Shown: positions 1-13,100 of the stretch, one piece after another | Layout: the number at the start of each line of letters is the position of its first letter | Numbering within the stretch: position 1 is the stretch's first letter | From: Candidatus Oxydemutatoraceae bacterium | GTDB taxonomy: Bacteria > Pseudomonadota > Gammaproteobacteria > Poriferisulfidales > Oxydemutatoraceae | NCBI GenBank assembly: GCA_965219575.1 | Contig: OZ244779.1 | Location: 1,644,769-1,708,768, forward strand | DNA: 64,000 nucleotides | Direction of reading: 5' to 3' | Notes under the pieces: generated by a model | Databases searched by the model: none | The model's input: only the letters and a program-made list of their open reading frames with translations | Told to the model about the DNA's origin: nothing | Position numbers and translations under genes: made by a program

Positions 1-3000
1 TCACCCTATAAGTCTGCACATTCCCATTCTGTGCGGTCACATCTACGGTAAGCAATTTACGCTCACCGGGGTCGACCTCAACCCTAAAACTCGGTCCTAG
101 CGAGTTAAGTTCTCCGTCTTTGATCAACAATTCTGCATTTGCATCGTTGACCGTCGCAGTGAGCGTTGTACCGGCTATGTCGTTAGGCAACTCTATGGTG
201 TAGTCGGTGCCTTGGCTTGCCGAGTTCTCGTTGAATACGAATGCCGGTGCCAATAAACCCGGTGATACGCCGAGCGTTCTCAGTCTCGTATCTTGGTTTC
301 GCTCGCGGTCGATGGTCACCGTATAGGTTTTACTCGTCTGCCCGTTTTCGGCAAGTACTTTAAATGAGACTATCTTATCCTCGCCTTCGGCGTCAACGAA
401 GGAAATAGCGTCGCGTATATCGGCATCGGCACCGTCTATCGTAAAATCGATGATCGTCGCACCGGAATGTGCGGGCATCGCTCGCACTCTAATAATCGAT
501 GTCTTAATGCCGACTATCGGGTTAGGGATCGTATAGACATAGTTGGCACTCGTCGCTAGGTTGCCGAAGTCGGCGAGTGTATTCTCTCCCGATACTACCT
601 GCAGAGTCCTTAAGTTGGCATTATCGCTCGCCTCGCGGGTCGCACGCACCACATAGTTACTCGTCGTCGCACCCGGTGCTACGAGTGCTACGGTAATGTT
701 CTTGGGCTTATCCACATCGAGCGGAATTGTGGCACTTCCATTAGCGGCTTGTGACACCTCGTCTTCGGCATCGAAGATCGTATATGCTACGATACCGTTA
801 TCCCCGGAGAACAGTGTCGGACTCACAACCAGATTGTCACGCTCGTTTGCCACCGTCACCGTATAGTTTCGGGTAAAGGGATCAAAACGATAAGGATCAT
901 CGTCGCTGAGCCCGCCCAAACCTAGTGCCTGCAAAACCAGTGGACGGATGACGGTCACGCTATAGTGCTGCTCGGTATAACCGTCCTCGGTGCTATCGGC
1001 GCGTCTTACGACGAGGGTGATTCGGTTGGCACCTCGCTGCAACGGAATAGCTTCGGAAATAGGAACAGAAGCTGCATTTGCGCTTAAATCCACGGGATTA
1101 TCGTTCAAAATATAGTCGGTGTTGTCGACACCGATGCTGCGAATACTTACACCGGCGGCGATCGCCGCTGCCGACGCTACGGTTTCGGTCGCGGTGCTGA
1201 TCAGTTCGCCGCGATATTCGGTTCCGGAGTCGCTCACCGGATCAAGTGCCACATCGCTCATTCGAAGCATAAATCCTAAGGCACCTTGGGTCACCGATGC
1301 AGCTCGGGATATCACCACGGTATAAGTTGTGGCTGTTCGATCTTGTGCGGTTACCGAGATGGTAATGTCTTTGCTCATTCCGCGATTAACCGGAACCGTT
1401 AGACTTGCCGATTGCATTGCGCGACCCGAGTTTCTCATTCCGTCTCGGATCACCAGTGTTGCATTGGCATTGGCGGCGGTTGCACTCAGTTCAACATCTT
1501 CGGTGTCGTTAGGCAACTCTACGCTATATTTTCTAACCTCTTGCGTTGCCGTTGAAGCATCAAAGTCGAATTGCGGTATTAACTCACTCGACGATACCGC
1601 CAGCGTACTCAGCCGGGTATCTCGGCTCGCTGCCCGCATGATAGTCACCGTATAGGTTTTCCGGACGCTACGCTGTTGTGCGGTCACCACAATTCGGGCG
1701 CGCTTAGTCTCACCTTCGGCTAGAGAAATGCTCTCATTTATCCTATTGACACCCATAACTCTTGGGGAGGTGTCTTCGCCTATCGTAAGACTGATCGTCG
1801 CATCGGGATGTGCGGCTTGCGCTCGCAGACTAACACTCGTTATCTTATCACCGACGATCGGGTTGGGAATCGTATAGACATGGTTGACACTCGTCGCTAG
1901 GTTGTCGAAATCGGCAAGTGTATTTCTTCCCGACATGATACGCAAAGCACTCAAGTCGGCATTGCGACTGATTTCTCGGGTCGCACGCACCGTGTAGCTA
2001 TTCGTCACTCCGTTCTCTGCTTCAACAATGACGGTAATGACTTTCGGAACTCCGGCGACAAGCGCAATCGAAGCCGCACCTAATTCCAAATCCTGCGCCG
2101 CTATCTCGGTGTTTCCGTCGCGGATCGTATATATGACATTATTATTTCGATCCGTGTCGGACAATACAGGTCTCACAACGAGGCGTTTATTCTCGTTTGC
2201 AATCGTGACCGTATAGTTAGGCGTAGAGGAACCGAAACGATAAGGATCATCGGTCCTAAGTCCGGTCAAACGCAAATCCTCCAGAATCACCGGACGAATA
2301 TCGGTTACGGTATAGCGTTGTGTTGTCTCACCGGCTTCTGCGGTCACGACGATTTCGATTGTATTTTCTCCGTAAGCTCGGGTAATATCGTATGCGTTAG
2401 TACCGAGGATGGGAACAAGCAGTCTACCGCCGAGATTATCTAAGGTGCGTTGCCTAACTTCAATCCGTTGCCCTCGTTGGATATTCACACCCAGCACAAA
2501 GTTGTTTCCGCTAATACCTTTTATCTCGTAATTGGCTACATTGCCGGCAAAGTTCGGATTTAAGCGACCGGGTGCCGGCACGATACCATTCAATTCGGTG
2601 TCGGTGTTTCTGAGGGTTATCAGTACGACATAGTCTTGAGTCGTCCGTCGATCTTGTGCAGTCACGACGATAGTAATCGTCGTCGTCTCACCTTCGGTCA
2701 CTGCGATCAACGAACTCTGTCCGCTCTCGGTTATGACTTCGCCGCGATCGCTTCCCGGTGCAAAGACTTCCACTTTATTTACATAGCGCTGTGCGGTCGG
2801 TTTTACTCTAACACCGGTCACGATATCGGTGAACGATGCCCGATATTCACCGCCATCGCTTAAGCTATCAAAAATCACCAACGGCTCAACCGCAACCGAC
2901 GATTGCGGCAATAGTTCCAATGCCGACAAACGGGCATCGGTGCTGGGTGCCCGATCTACCGTCAAGGTGTAATCTGCACTGTCGTCTTCGCTACGCGATT

Positions 3001-6000
3001 GTGCGGTTATCCTAATTCGCAACTCCTTACTGTCGCCGGGGTCGTCTAGGGTGATACTCGCTTGCGCCGCACCTTCTGCGCTTCCGATCTCCGTATTGCT
3101 TGCGTCGGTAATCACCACCGTTGCAAATTCGTTGCCGGCGGTCACGGTTACGATGCTACTCGTCGTCGCCTCACCTACGGTTGCGGTATAGGTTCTGTCA
3201 CCGTTATCTATTACCGATGCACCAACCACGGTAATATCCCTCAAACTCGCATCGCGACTCGGATCACGACGCACCGTCAAGGTATAGGATTCCATCGTCC
3301 TGCCGTCTTGCGCAGTCACTACGATGCGCAGATCTCTGGAAGTACCGGTATCGGCAATGGTCACCGGTCTGCTGAGCATGTTGCGCGTGGAATTCGTCTC
3401 TCCTTCCAGGGTAATTGCCACCGTCGCTTGTGAATGGGTCGTTGTCACGGTCACGGTCGTATTCGCCGTGTGTTCGCCTAGACTCGTAGTATAAGTTCCG
3501 TCTCTACCCACCGGCAAAGTAGTACGACCGACAATAACACTTGCCAAGCTCGCATCCGCACTACTTTCTCGGGTTATCACCAAACTATAAGCCGCAGATG
3601 TAGTCCGGTCCTCGGCAATCACTTTGATCGGTATAGCCGGCTCCGGTTTATCCAATGCGGCGTTCAGCGCGACCGACTTATCGGGCATAGACTCGGCCGC
3701 ACCGCCGTCTATACTAACCGTCGCCTCTCCGTCTTCGGCACGCGGTGACACTACGATTTGTATTATGTTTTGAACCTCAAGCCCGGTTATCCCGGTGATA
3801 CGCGCCGAATAGGTTGTGCTTGCATCCTCGTCGGGTGATGTCAATGTGAACAAAGACGTACGCGTATCGTCATCCAACGAAAGCGCAATGCTCGCTAAGT
3901 TGGCATTGCTACGGTCGGCTCTGGCGCGAGTCACGGCGATGGTATAGTCTCGAGTCATGCTGTCGTCCTGAGAGCTGACCGTAATACGAATGCGTTTTTC
4001 TCTTTCCGGCACCGTCAAATCAAATGCCCTATTAATCGTGCCGGTTGCGGTCTCCGCTATACCGTCTATGACCACTTCGATTATCGCACGCGGATGAGCT
4101 TCGGCCACCACCCGAGTGCCGGTGGTGGCATTCGGAACATTAAACCTATAGACCTGTGTTTCACTCGTAGGATCAAAGTCCGGCAACAGGTTTGCATCGT
4201 TTGCATCGAGCAACCGTAAATTTCTCAAATCGGCATCCGAACTCTCGGCGCGGTTTATCGTCACGATATAAGCCCTGCTCGTCGCACCGTTTTGTGATGT
4301 CACCTCAATCCGAACTTGTGCCGAACCGCCTTCGTCTATGGATATAGGCATCGTGCTGTCGGCACCGCTTTGCACCCGTTCACCGTCGGCATCCCCCGGT
4401 GCGTGTACGGCGATGACCGCTTGGCTGTTTTCGGCAGTCGGACGAATCAATACTTGTGCCACCGAATTGGCTACATCGAAAGACGGACTTCTATTATTAC
4501 ATTCAATATCTTGGTTCACCAACAATCGGCTATCGTCTGCGTCCAGAATGGCTATCGCATCCAAACAATCGTTAGTGCTTTGTGCGCGGGCGACGGTCAA
4601 AGTATGGTCTTTGACCATCGCACCGTTCTCCGCAATCACGCGGATCAGCAAGTCTCTACGGTCGCCGGTATCGGCGAGGGTGATATCCGCCATCCCCTGT
4701 CGCTTTGCACTCACCAGCCGGGTATTGTTTTCGCTGATTGTCACCGTTGCGAATTGATCGGCGGCAACGGCGGTCACGGTCGCATCTCCCACACTTTCGC
4801 CTAGAGTTGTGGCATACATCGGAGGGTCGCCTTGTGGTATCAAGCTACCCACCGGCGATACACGCAACGATGCCAAGTTCGCATTTGATCCCAGTATAAT
4901 CCTTGCCGTCAACTTATAATTTTCGGTTGAGCCGTTTTGTGCGGTCACGGTAATAGTAATCTCTCGTTGTGCCACCGCAATGTCGTTAAGACCCATTGGA
5001 ACACCGATCGGGATATCGGTCTTCGTTGCCGTCCGACCACCGATTGCATCCGCGCCATCACCGATACTAATTGTTACCGTCGCAGCGGGATGTGCAGCCG
5101 TCGCCGACACCGAGAACCGGGTTACATTTCTGTCAATCACCGCAGTATATTCGGTATCGCTTCCCGGAACTGCGATTGCCGGAGTTATGGCGACACTAGG
5201 GATGATGATTAGCGGTGCGCGACTCAAACGGATATCGGAACTGAGCGCGCGACTTATATTGAGTCTATAGCGGTTTATCGTTTTTCTATCGGATGCGGTC
5301 ACTTTAACCTCAATCGTGTTTTGACCTGCACCTAAGCGCAGACTCGTATCGGGACATTCGATCGGGGAGTCGCTCTCGGCACCGGCAACTTTGCTAATCT
5401 CGACGGTCGCCTCGCCGTATTGATCATCCTGTAGTGCTCGTACTAAAATACAATCTATTGCGCTTTCAACGCCGGGAAGCCTATACTCCAGCTTGTCCGG
5501 CACAAAATCGCTCACACCTAAGCTTTGAGGATCCCTCTCTCCCGAGGAAGAGGACAGCGTATAGAGTATACTTCGCAACCTGGCATTTTTACTCGACAAT
5601 CGGTTGACGACCAGCGTGTAGGTTTGCGATGTGATTTTATCGTGGGCAATTATTTTCAATTCTATTTCGTTTTCGCCTAGGACAAAAAGCGGTTCGCTTT
5701 CGGGACGATCTCTGGTAACCGAACCCGTCTCCAGTCCGCTTAAACTCAACGGTATACCGTTCCATAGAATGGCGGTGATTTTGGTGTCCTGCGGTGTCAC
5801 CCTCAAGCTGACGGTTCTTTGATCGTTGGCAACCTCGACGGTATAGCTTCGTGTCGTCGGGTTAAACACACTTAGCACATTGATGTCATCGTCGTTGAGT
5901 ACTTGCAGGTCTCGCAATTCGGCATCGGTACTTCTGAGACGAGTAATCGTAAGCGTAGTAGCTTGTTGTTCTCCTAATGCCGAAGTGCCGATCACCATCG

Positions 6001-7150
6001 TATTGTCGTCGTAGTTCAACGGCACCGATACGATTTTCTCTATTCTATCGGCAAGCACTCGGGTATCGGTCGTAATCGGTGCAATATCCGCACTCAGTTC
6101 GGATACGACTTGCAGATCGGTTGCGAATGTCACCCTAACTTGCGATGTTTCGGTGGGAACGACCGCAGTATAAATGTGTCGCGTAGAAGCGAATGTCGGC
6201 ACCAGTGTAACCGTAGTCGCTTGTGCATAAGTCAATACCAAGTCCTGCAAATCCAAGCTGTATTCACGCACAACGACGAGCGTATAAACGGTGTCGGTTT
6301 CACGCGGTGCCTGCACCCTGAGTGCTATCGTGTTATCACCGATGTTCAGCGGTAAACTATCAACCCGATTACCGTCGACCTCCACATCGTTGACGAGCAC
6401 CGTGGTTCCCTCTTTGCGCTCGAATTCTATGGTCTCGGAACCCCGCTCGTTGGCGATGGTCGCAAAATATCGGGGCACTTCGGGACGGAATTTCGTAGTG
6501 AAGTCGGTCCCCACCAATCTTAGATTTCTCAATCGGGTATTGTATCGGTGCCAAACAGTTACGCTATACATGGCAACTTCCGGGTCCTCAAATGACCCGC
6601 CCGGTGCCGTCACCGTGAACGCAATGCCGTTTTCTCCCAAAGCCAAGCCACCGATCGTGGCTTGCGCAACCAGCAAGCCGGCTTGCGTCGAGGTCGTAAT
6701 CTCACCGACCGTATTGCCGTCGGATGCGATAACAATATCCACCAACTCGTTGACGCTCGCAATCACCGTGATGGTGCTTATCGCGTTGGGAATATCCGGT
6801 CGCATCCGTAGATCGGCACCCAAATCTCTGATCTCGGTGCCGTCCTCACCTTGCCATTCAACGCGCCAGCCTCGTATCGCAACATCGTACGCACGAAAGA
6901 CCGTATAGGTTCGGGTGCTGGTGTCGTCTTCACCCTGCGATACGACAGTGATTTCGTTGTCGCCGTATTCCAAATCCAGGGTTGTTGCAATTTCATCGGC
7001 AAGCGGCACACCGTTCACCGAGATTGCGCCGCCGATTGCCGTCACATCGAGACGCTCAACTTCGGTCGGCACGCTATAGTTGCGCTCCTCGAACGGGAAG
7101 TTGAAGTCCGGCGATAAATTGTCGGCAGCCAATTCCACATAGATAAAGCC
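1..7150 (-). repeat. Tandem cadherin-like beta-sandwich (~100 aa) domain array of gene B
   Basis: Recurrent [DN]AxLxxL ... VTA[QE][DN]G ... YT[VL]x[VI]xR motifs, colinear with gene A 44685-51840. Resembles the cadherin-like beta-sandwich family by motif. Boundaries are approximate. Confidence 0.75.
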
Positions 7151-10100
7151 TTCGGTATCGGCAACCGGTGTCTCTCTTAGCACCAATCCGGTAGATGCCT
7201 GTTGCGGTGGAGATGCAACCGTCCGACTATAGCCCTGCCCGTCTATATAGCTCACCGCCACCCTATAATAATCGGCAACCTCGCCGACGACGGTATAGCC
7301 GATACCGTTCGCAGCATTGATGTCCGTCCAGTTGCCTCCCGCTCGTCGCTGCCATTGGTAAGCGATATCGCCGACATCGCCGGCACCGTCGGGGTCTTCG
7401 GCCAGCTTGTCTTTGTCCAGCATCGCTGCGGTGTAAGTGAGACCTATCCGTGTCGGTGTCGTGATGCCGTCTATTGTGCCGTTATCATACTTTGCCACGC
7501 TAAACGAGTGTGCTTGAGTCACGGTTTCCCCGACGGTATCGCTAACCGCCAATGATATATTCACCGTCTCGGCAGTCTGGTCGGCAGCGATGAAATCGTC
7601 GCGCAGATAGAACGAAAGCGTAGCACGGCCCGAGCCACCCGAAACGCGACCGGCGAGCATGGTGCGGTCTAAAAGCCTCACTTGTGTGTCATCTATCGTC
7701 CATCGATAGCGCAGATCGTCGCCGTCGGCATCCGAAAGTTCGCTACTCAGCGTAATAAAATGTCCTTCTCTAATCGGCACCGAAGTGCTTAACGGCTCAC
7801 CGCGTTCATCCATTGCTGCGCGCACCGCGATCGCACTTGCCTCGGGGACTGTATTGAAGGCAATGCGATATTCCACATCCAAATTCTCCTTGCCGCCGAT
7901 CTCGTAAGGTTCGGATACCACGATGCGCACCCGCGTCGCAGTAGTGAAATCGCTGCTCGCGAAATAATTCGCCGAACCGACCGACGGCGGTGCGTCGTTT
8001 ATCTTGATAACGCCGGCGGGATTGTATGCGTCGGCAACGATACGAATTTCGGCACTGCGATCCCGCACCGACACGGTAAGTTCGTCAACCGCCGCCCTAT
8101 CAAAATCATCCTTGAATGTTGCCACCCTCGGCATCGCGGATAATTCCGGCTGCGCTAGCGCACCGATTTGACCGATCTGTAAATCTTGCAAGCCCAAGCG
8201 TTGGCGCGGTAGCACGGCACCGCAATTTACCGACGGTGTGCCACCGGCACAGGTGCCGTCGTCGTATTTGAGAACCGGGTATTGCTCGGTAGTGCCGAAA
8301 TCCCAACGCTCGGTGCTCCAGTTGCGGTACGGGTGGGCATTACTTGACCTCGATGATTTCAGGACTTCGGAATTAAAGCCGCGTAAACTCCCGAAACGCG
8401 AACCTGCGGATTGACCACTGCGTTCAATATCCCAATAATTTCCGGTGAGATTAGGACCGAAATCTAACCTTATAAATCCTCTATCGTTCGTCGGATTCCC
8501 CGAGACGCGGGCGATTGAATAGTTGTCGATGATTTGGCCGGAGGCTCGATAAATACCGATGAAGCCACCTTTCCTCGCCGCACCGACAACCGAACCGGCT
8601 GCATAACTGTCCCTAACAATTGTCGAACGACCAACCTCGAAATAGCCTAGAAAGCCACCGACTTGATTAAAATTACTGTCCCCACCTCTTGCCGTTACCG
8701 CAGCGAATGTATAATTGTTGGCGATAACCTTGCTATCCGGTCTATTAATAACATCATCATCAATAAGCCGTCCGATCAAACCGCCGACAATGTCGTCTGC
8801 TGATATGCGCCCGGTTGCATGGCTATTGTCGATCGCCGTATCATTAACATCGCCTATCAAGCCACCGACGGTGTTATCTCCGTTGACATCACCGATGGCA
8901 TAGCTGTTGCCGATCGTTGCATTTGCGGCATGGCCCACCAAACCGCCGATAAAGGTTGATCCATCGACATCACCTGCCGCATAGCTGTTGCTAATCTCGC
9001 CCCCTAAATTGCCGACTAGACCACCGGCTCTACTCCCTTCCCCTCGCACATCGCCCGTTGCATAACTATTCGTAATCATCGTGTTACTGCGACCGATGCC
9101 GACCAAGCCACCGATACCCGTACCTTGAGTAACGGTTATGCTACTACCCCCCTTTCTAACGACGGTGGCAGACGAAGCACCGTTTTCAATACGACCACCG
9201 CTTTCCAGCACACCGACCAAACCGCCGTTCGCTATGATGTCTCTTTGACCGCTGATATTGATATTCAGATTTATTGCCCCTGACGTACGACTATTGCCGA
9301 TGTTTGCATTGGAAAAACTGACCAAGCCGCCGAGAACATTGGTTCCCGTCAATGTACAGTTTGCCGAACTATCGCTAATTTGGATGTTGGTCCCATTTGC
9401 TCTGCCGATCAAACAACCGCCGTCATAATAAGTGCTAACCGTGCCACTCAATACATGGCTATCGGTGATGCTACGACCGCTGAACGAACCGACCAACGCA
9501 CCGACATTGTTGGACCCCGCTATGTTGACATCAACCAAGCGTACACCTCTGATCTCGGCATTGCCGCTTGCTGCCGCAAATAAGCCCAAATTGACTTGCC
9601 CGGCTTGCGAAGTACCGGCAAAGCTCACCGGTTGATTTATGCGTAGGTTGGATATCGTATAGCCGTTGCCTTCAAAAATAGCCGTGAAACAGTTGCTGCT
9701 TGCATCGCTACAATTGCCGAGCTGATTCTGTATGTTAACCACCGTCCCGATCGGATCCCAGTTGTTATAGTTAGCCGGACCATTGACAGTTCTATAACTC
9801 AATGTGTCGTCAAAATCCAAATCTCTGACCAATTCGTAGCCTCTGCAGACATCGCCCGGACAGCCGCGGGACGAGCGGAACGGGAACTCATCATTACTGA
9901 GATCTTCAAGCAGGGTACCATCGAGCTGATTGCGAATTAAGTCTAATTGTTCTATAAAAAAGATATCTATCAAGCCGTCTCGGTCATGATCTACGATACG
10001 ATCATCAAATGCCAGTCTGCCATTAATAACCGAGACGATGGTATTGGAATACCCTTGGTTGTCGGTATAGGTCGTCGTCAACCGATACGATGCAAATATA

Positions 10101-13100
10101 TTTCCAACCCGATAATAGGCGCGATCGAGGCCTGTCGGAGAACCGTCTAACTCCCATTGATAACTTATATCGGTGAACGGTCCACCATCGGCATCGTTGA
10201 TTTCCGAGGCAAAAATATAATTTGCGTTGGCAACACCCAAGGGACCATCCACCCAACGCAACGCTGCCATGTCACCGTCGCGGTTGGTCTTGACCACATC
10301 GATGATGATATCCCGGGATGCAAATGCATCGGGATTATTCCTTTTGACGACTTCCAGCTTGATAACCGCTTGCCCACTATCGGCTTCGGCAGCGAGCAGA
10401 TCGTCGCGCACGGTCACGCTAAGCGTCCGCTCGATATTTTGTGATGTGGGCAATAGTTCGGGACCTCTCGTTTGCCTCCATCTATAATCCAATACCGCAT
10501 TGTCCGCGGCGCGGCTTCGCGTTGCATCCAATATCAGGGTATCGCCTTCGTTCACGGTGATGGTACTCTGCACATCCAACGCCACCGCAGTCGCGTCGTT
10601 TCGTGCGTAGGTGATTACCAGCTGCGGCGGTTCGCCGGAAACCGGCGGTGCCGAGCGCGGAGATACTACCGTAGTTCTCGGCTGACCGCGTAGGAGTGCG
10701 CCACACATCGGCAACGAGGTGCTGTCGTCGAAGTCGCAAGCCGGATCGTCTCTATCGGCACCTTCGGTGTATCTGAGTAGCGGGTATTGCATATCGGTGC
10801 CGAAATCCCAGTGGTCGGTATTCCAACCTCGATATGTAATGCAACTGCGCGTCCTATTCCGGCTTGCTTCGCTTTCCCCGTCTTCGCCGCTCAAACAGGT
10901 TTGGGGTGTATTCGGCACCGACGGATTGGTCAGTGTATTATTCGATCTCCTGTTATTGACATCGGGCATTGATACGGCGTGCGTGATATAGGTAGTTCCG
11001 GAAACGGTGACCGCACATCGATACGGTTCTCTACGCCAATAACTATTCGTGGGTGCTCTACTCGGCGTGTCACGGTTTAACAAGCCGGCAACAGTAACAT
11101 TCACCGGGTTGCCGTTATAAGTTGCCGTTATATTACCGGGACAAGATGCAAAGCTTTGCGTTTGTGATGCACCGAGATCGCTAACCGAAGCGTTTGCCCC
11201 GAACAGCGTCGGCACATAGGCCCTACCGTTGGCATAGCTATTGGCAACGATGGACCTGCCGTCGATGTGCCTACCGACCAAACCGCCGAGATACGGCGTG
11301 GCACATGAAACCGCTGCCGGTATTTCCACATCACTATTAGAATGTACATAACTATTTCTGATTTCACCGATGCCGTCGGCTCTCTCGGCAGCGGATAATT
11401 GAGACCCGACCAAACCGCCGGCGATACAAGTCCCCGATACTTCGCCGGCCGAATAATAGCTGTTGTGAATTTTCCCGCCACTGCGATTCCTGCCGACCAA
11501 GCCACCTACGGTCACATTCCCGTTGTTCGCAATAGTACCGTCGGAATCCTGCACACTCACATTAATTCGTGCACGACTGTTGACTATATAACCGGCGTTG
11601 ACACCGACCAAGCCACCTGCCGAACCGAGATCGGTGCGGATGACACGCACCGATGAATTTCTAGTCACAGTACCGAACACATCACTATTGCGGATTACAC
11701 CGCCGCGCCGCAACAGCCCGGTGATAGCACCGACATTCTTGAACCCTGCCAAACCTTTGATGGCGGGAAAGTCCAGGACTAAGTTTTCAACCTTGCCGCT
11801 TGCACCGATCTCGGAAAACAAACCGACATTCGCTCTCGTGCCGGCACTGCTACGGCTTATCGACAGGCGAGCAATAGAATAACCGTTGCCGTTGAATATT
11901 GCATCGAACACGCCGCCTATAGGTTGCCAACCGTCGTCGGTGGAGACGAATTCATTTTCGCTTACCGTCCAGCGACTCATGTTCGCATCGGCATTGCGAT
12001 AGCTACCGGCAACGGTGAAGTTGAGATTCCTCGTCAACTCGTAGCCGATACAACCGGTAATCGGGCAACCGCGAGTAATCAAATCGGCATCGGCACTTGC
12101 CCTAGAGCCGCTACCGTCGAGTTGATGGCGCACCGCATCCAGATCTTCTAAATGCCTAATCTCTATCAAACCGTCGCCGTCGTCATCTATGTCGTCGGCG
12201 TTGATAATCGAATCGCCGTCAATATCGGCATTATCCATAGCGACCGACGACCCGACGGTGACAATATTGGACACGATCGGCTCGCTCGTATAGCCCTGAC
12301 CATCCGAATACAAACCGATGAAACGATATTGATACCCGGCATCCACCGTATCGCCCGCCGATAAATTCACATTCCTCCATATATCGCCCGGAAAACGCCT
12401 CTGGAATTGCCTACTTAGATTGCTCACGGTACCGTCGATATCGTTAAGATTCTCGGTGACCGTGATTCTTCGGTTCGTGTTCACCGACAGTACCGGATTT
12501 CCGGTCACCCGACCGTTATTCACTTTGTTGATACGCACCGCGATCTTTCTGCTTAAGTAGACTTGCCGGACGCGGTTATTAGGGGTAATCGATAACGACA
12601 ATTCAAACTCAAAATCGCCGTGATCTACATCCGCGGGTAGCAGGTCGACTTGCGGTGCCAACACTAGATTCAAGCTATCTGCATCGGCAATGTTCACCGG
12701 CGTGCCGCTGATCTGCGACCAGCTTAGATCCGAACTGCCGGCGTAGTCTCCGCCGACCGTGAACATGTCGCCCTCGGCGATGTCGATTGCGGCAATATTA
12801 TCCAGTCTTAGATTATCGCGGACTATATCAAAATAATATCTCGACACCCGATTGCCGGCGCTCGCTACCAGCGTGATTTCTTGTGTATTAGAATTATCCA
12901 AAATGAGTGTATCACCGCTGCCGACAAACGGACATAACGCATCGTCGCAATACAACATGGTCTCCAAACCGGCAACGGGCGGTGTGGTGGTAAATGTAAT
13001 CGGCAACGGTAATCGGGTTGCGTCTACATAGAGCCGGTATCTGTTACTATTTCTACTATATCTAAAACCGCCGGTGATACCGTTTATTCGGGCTATTGCG

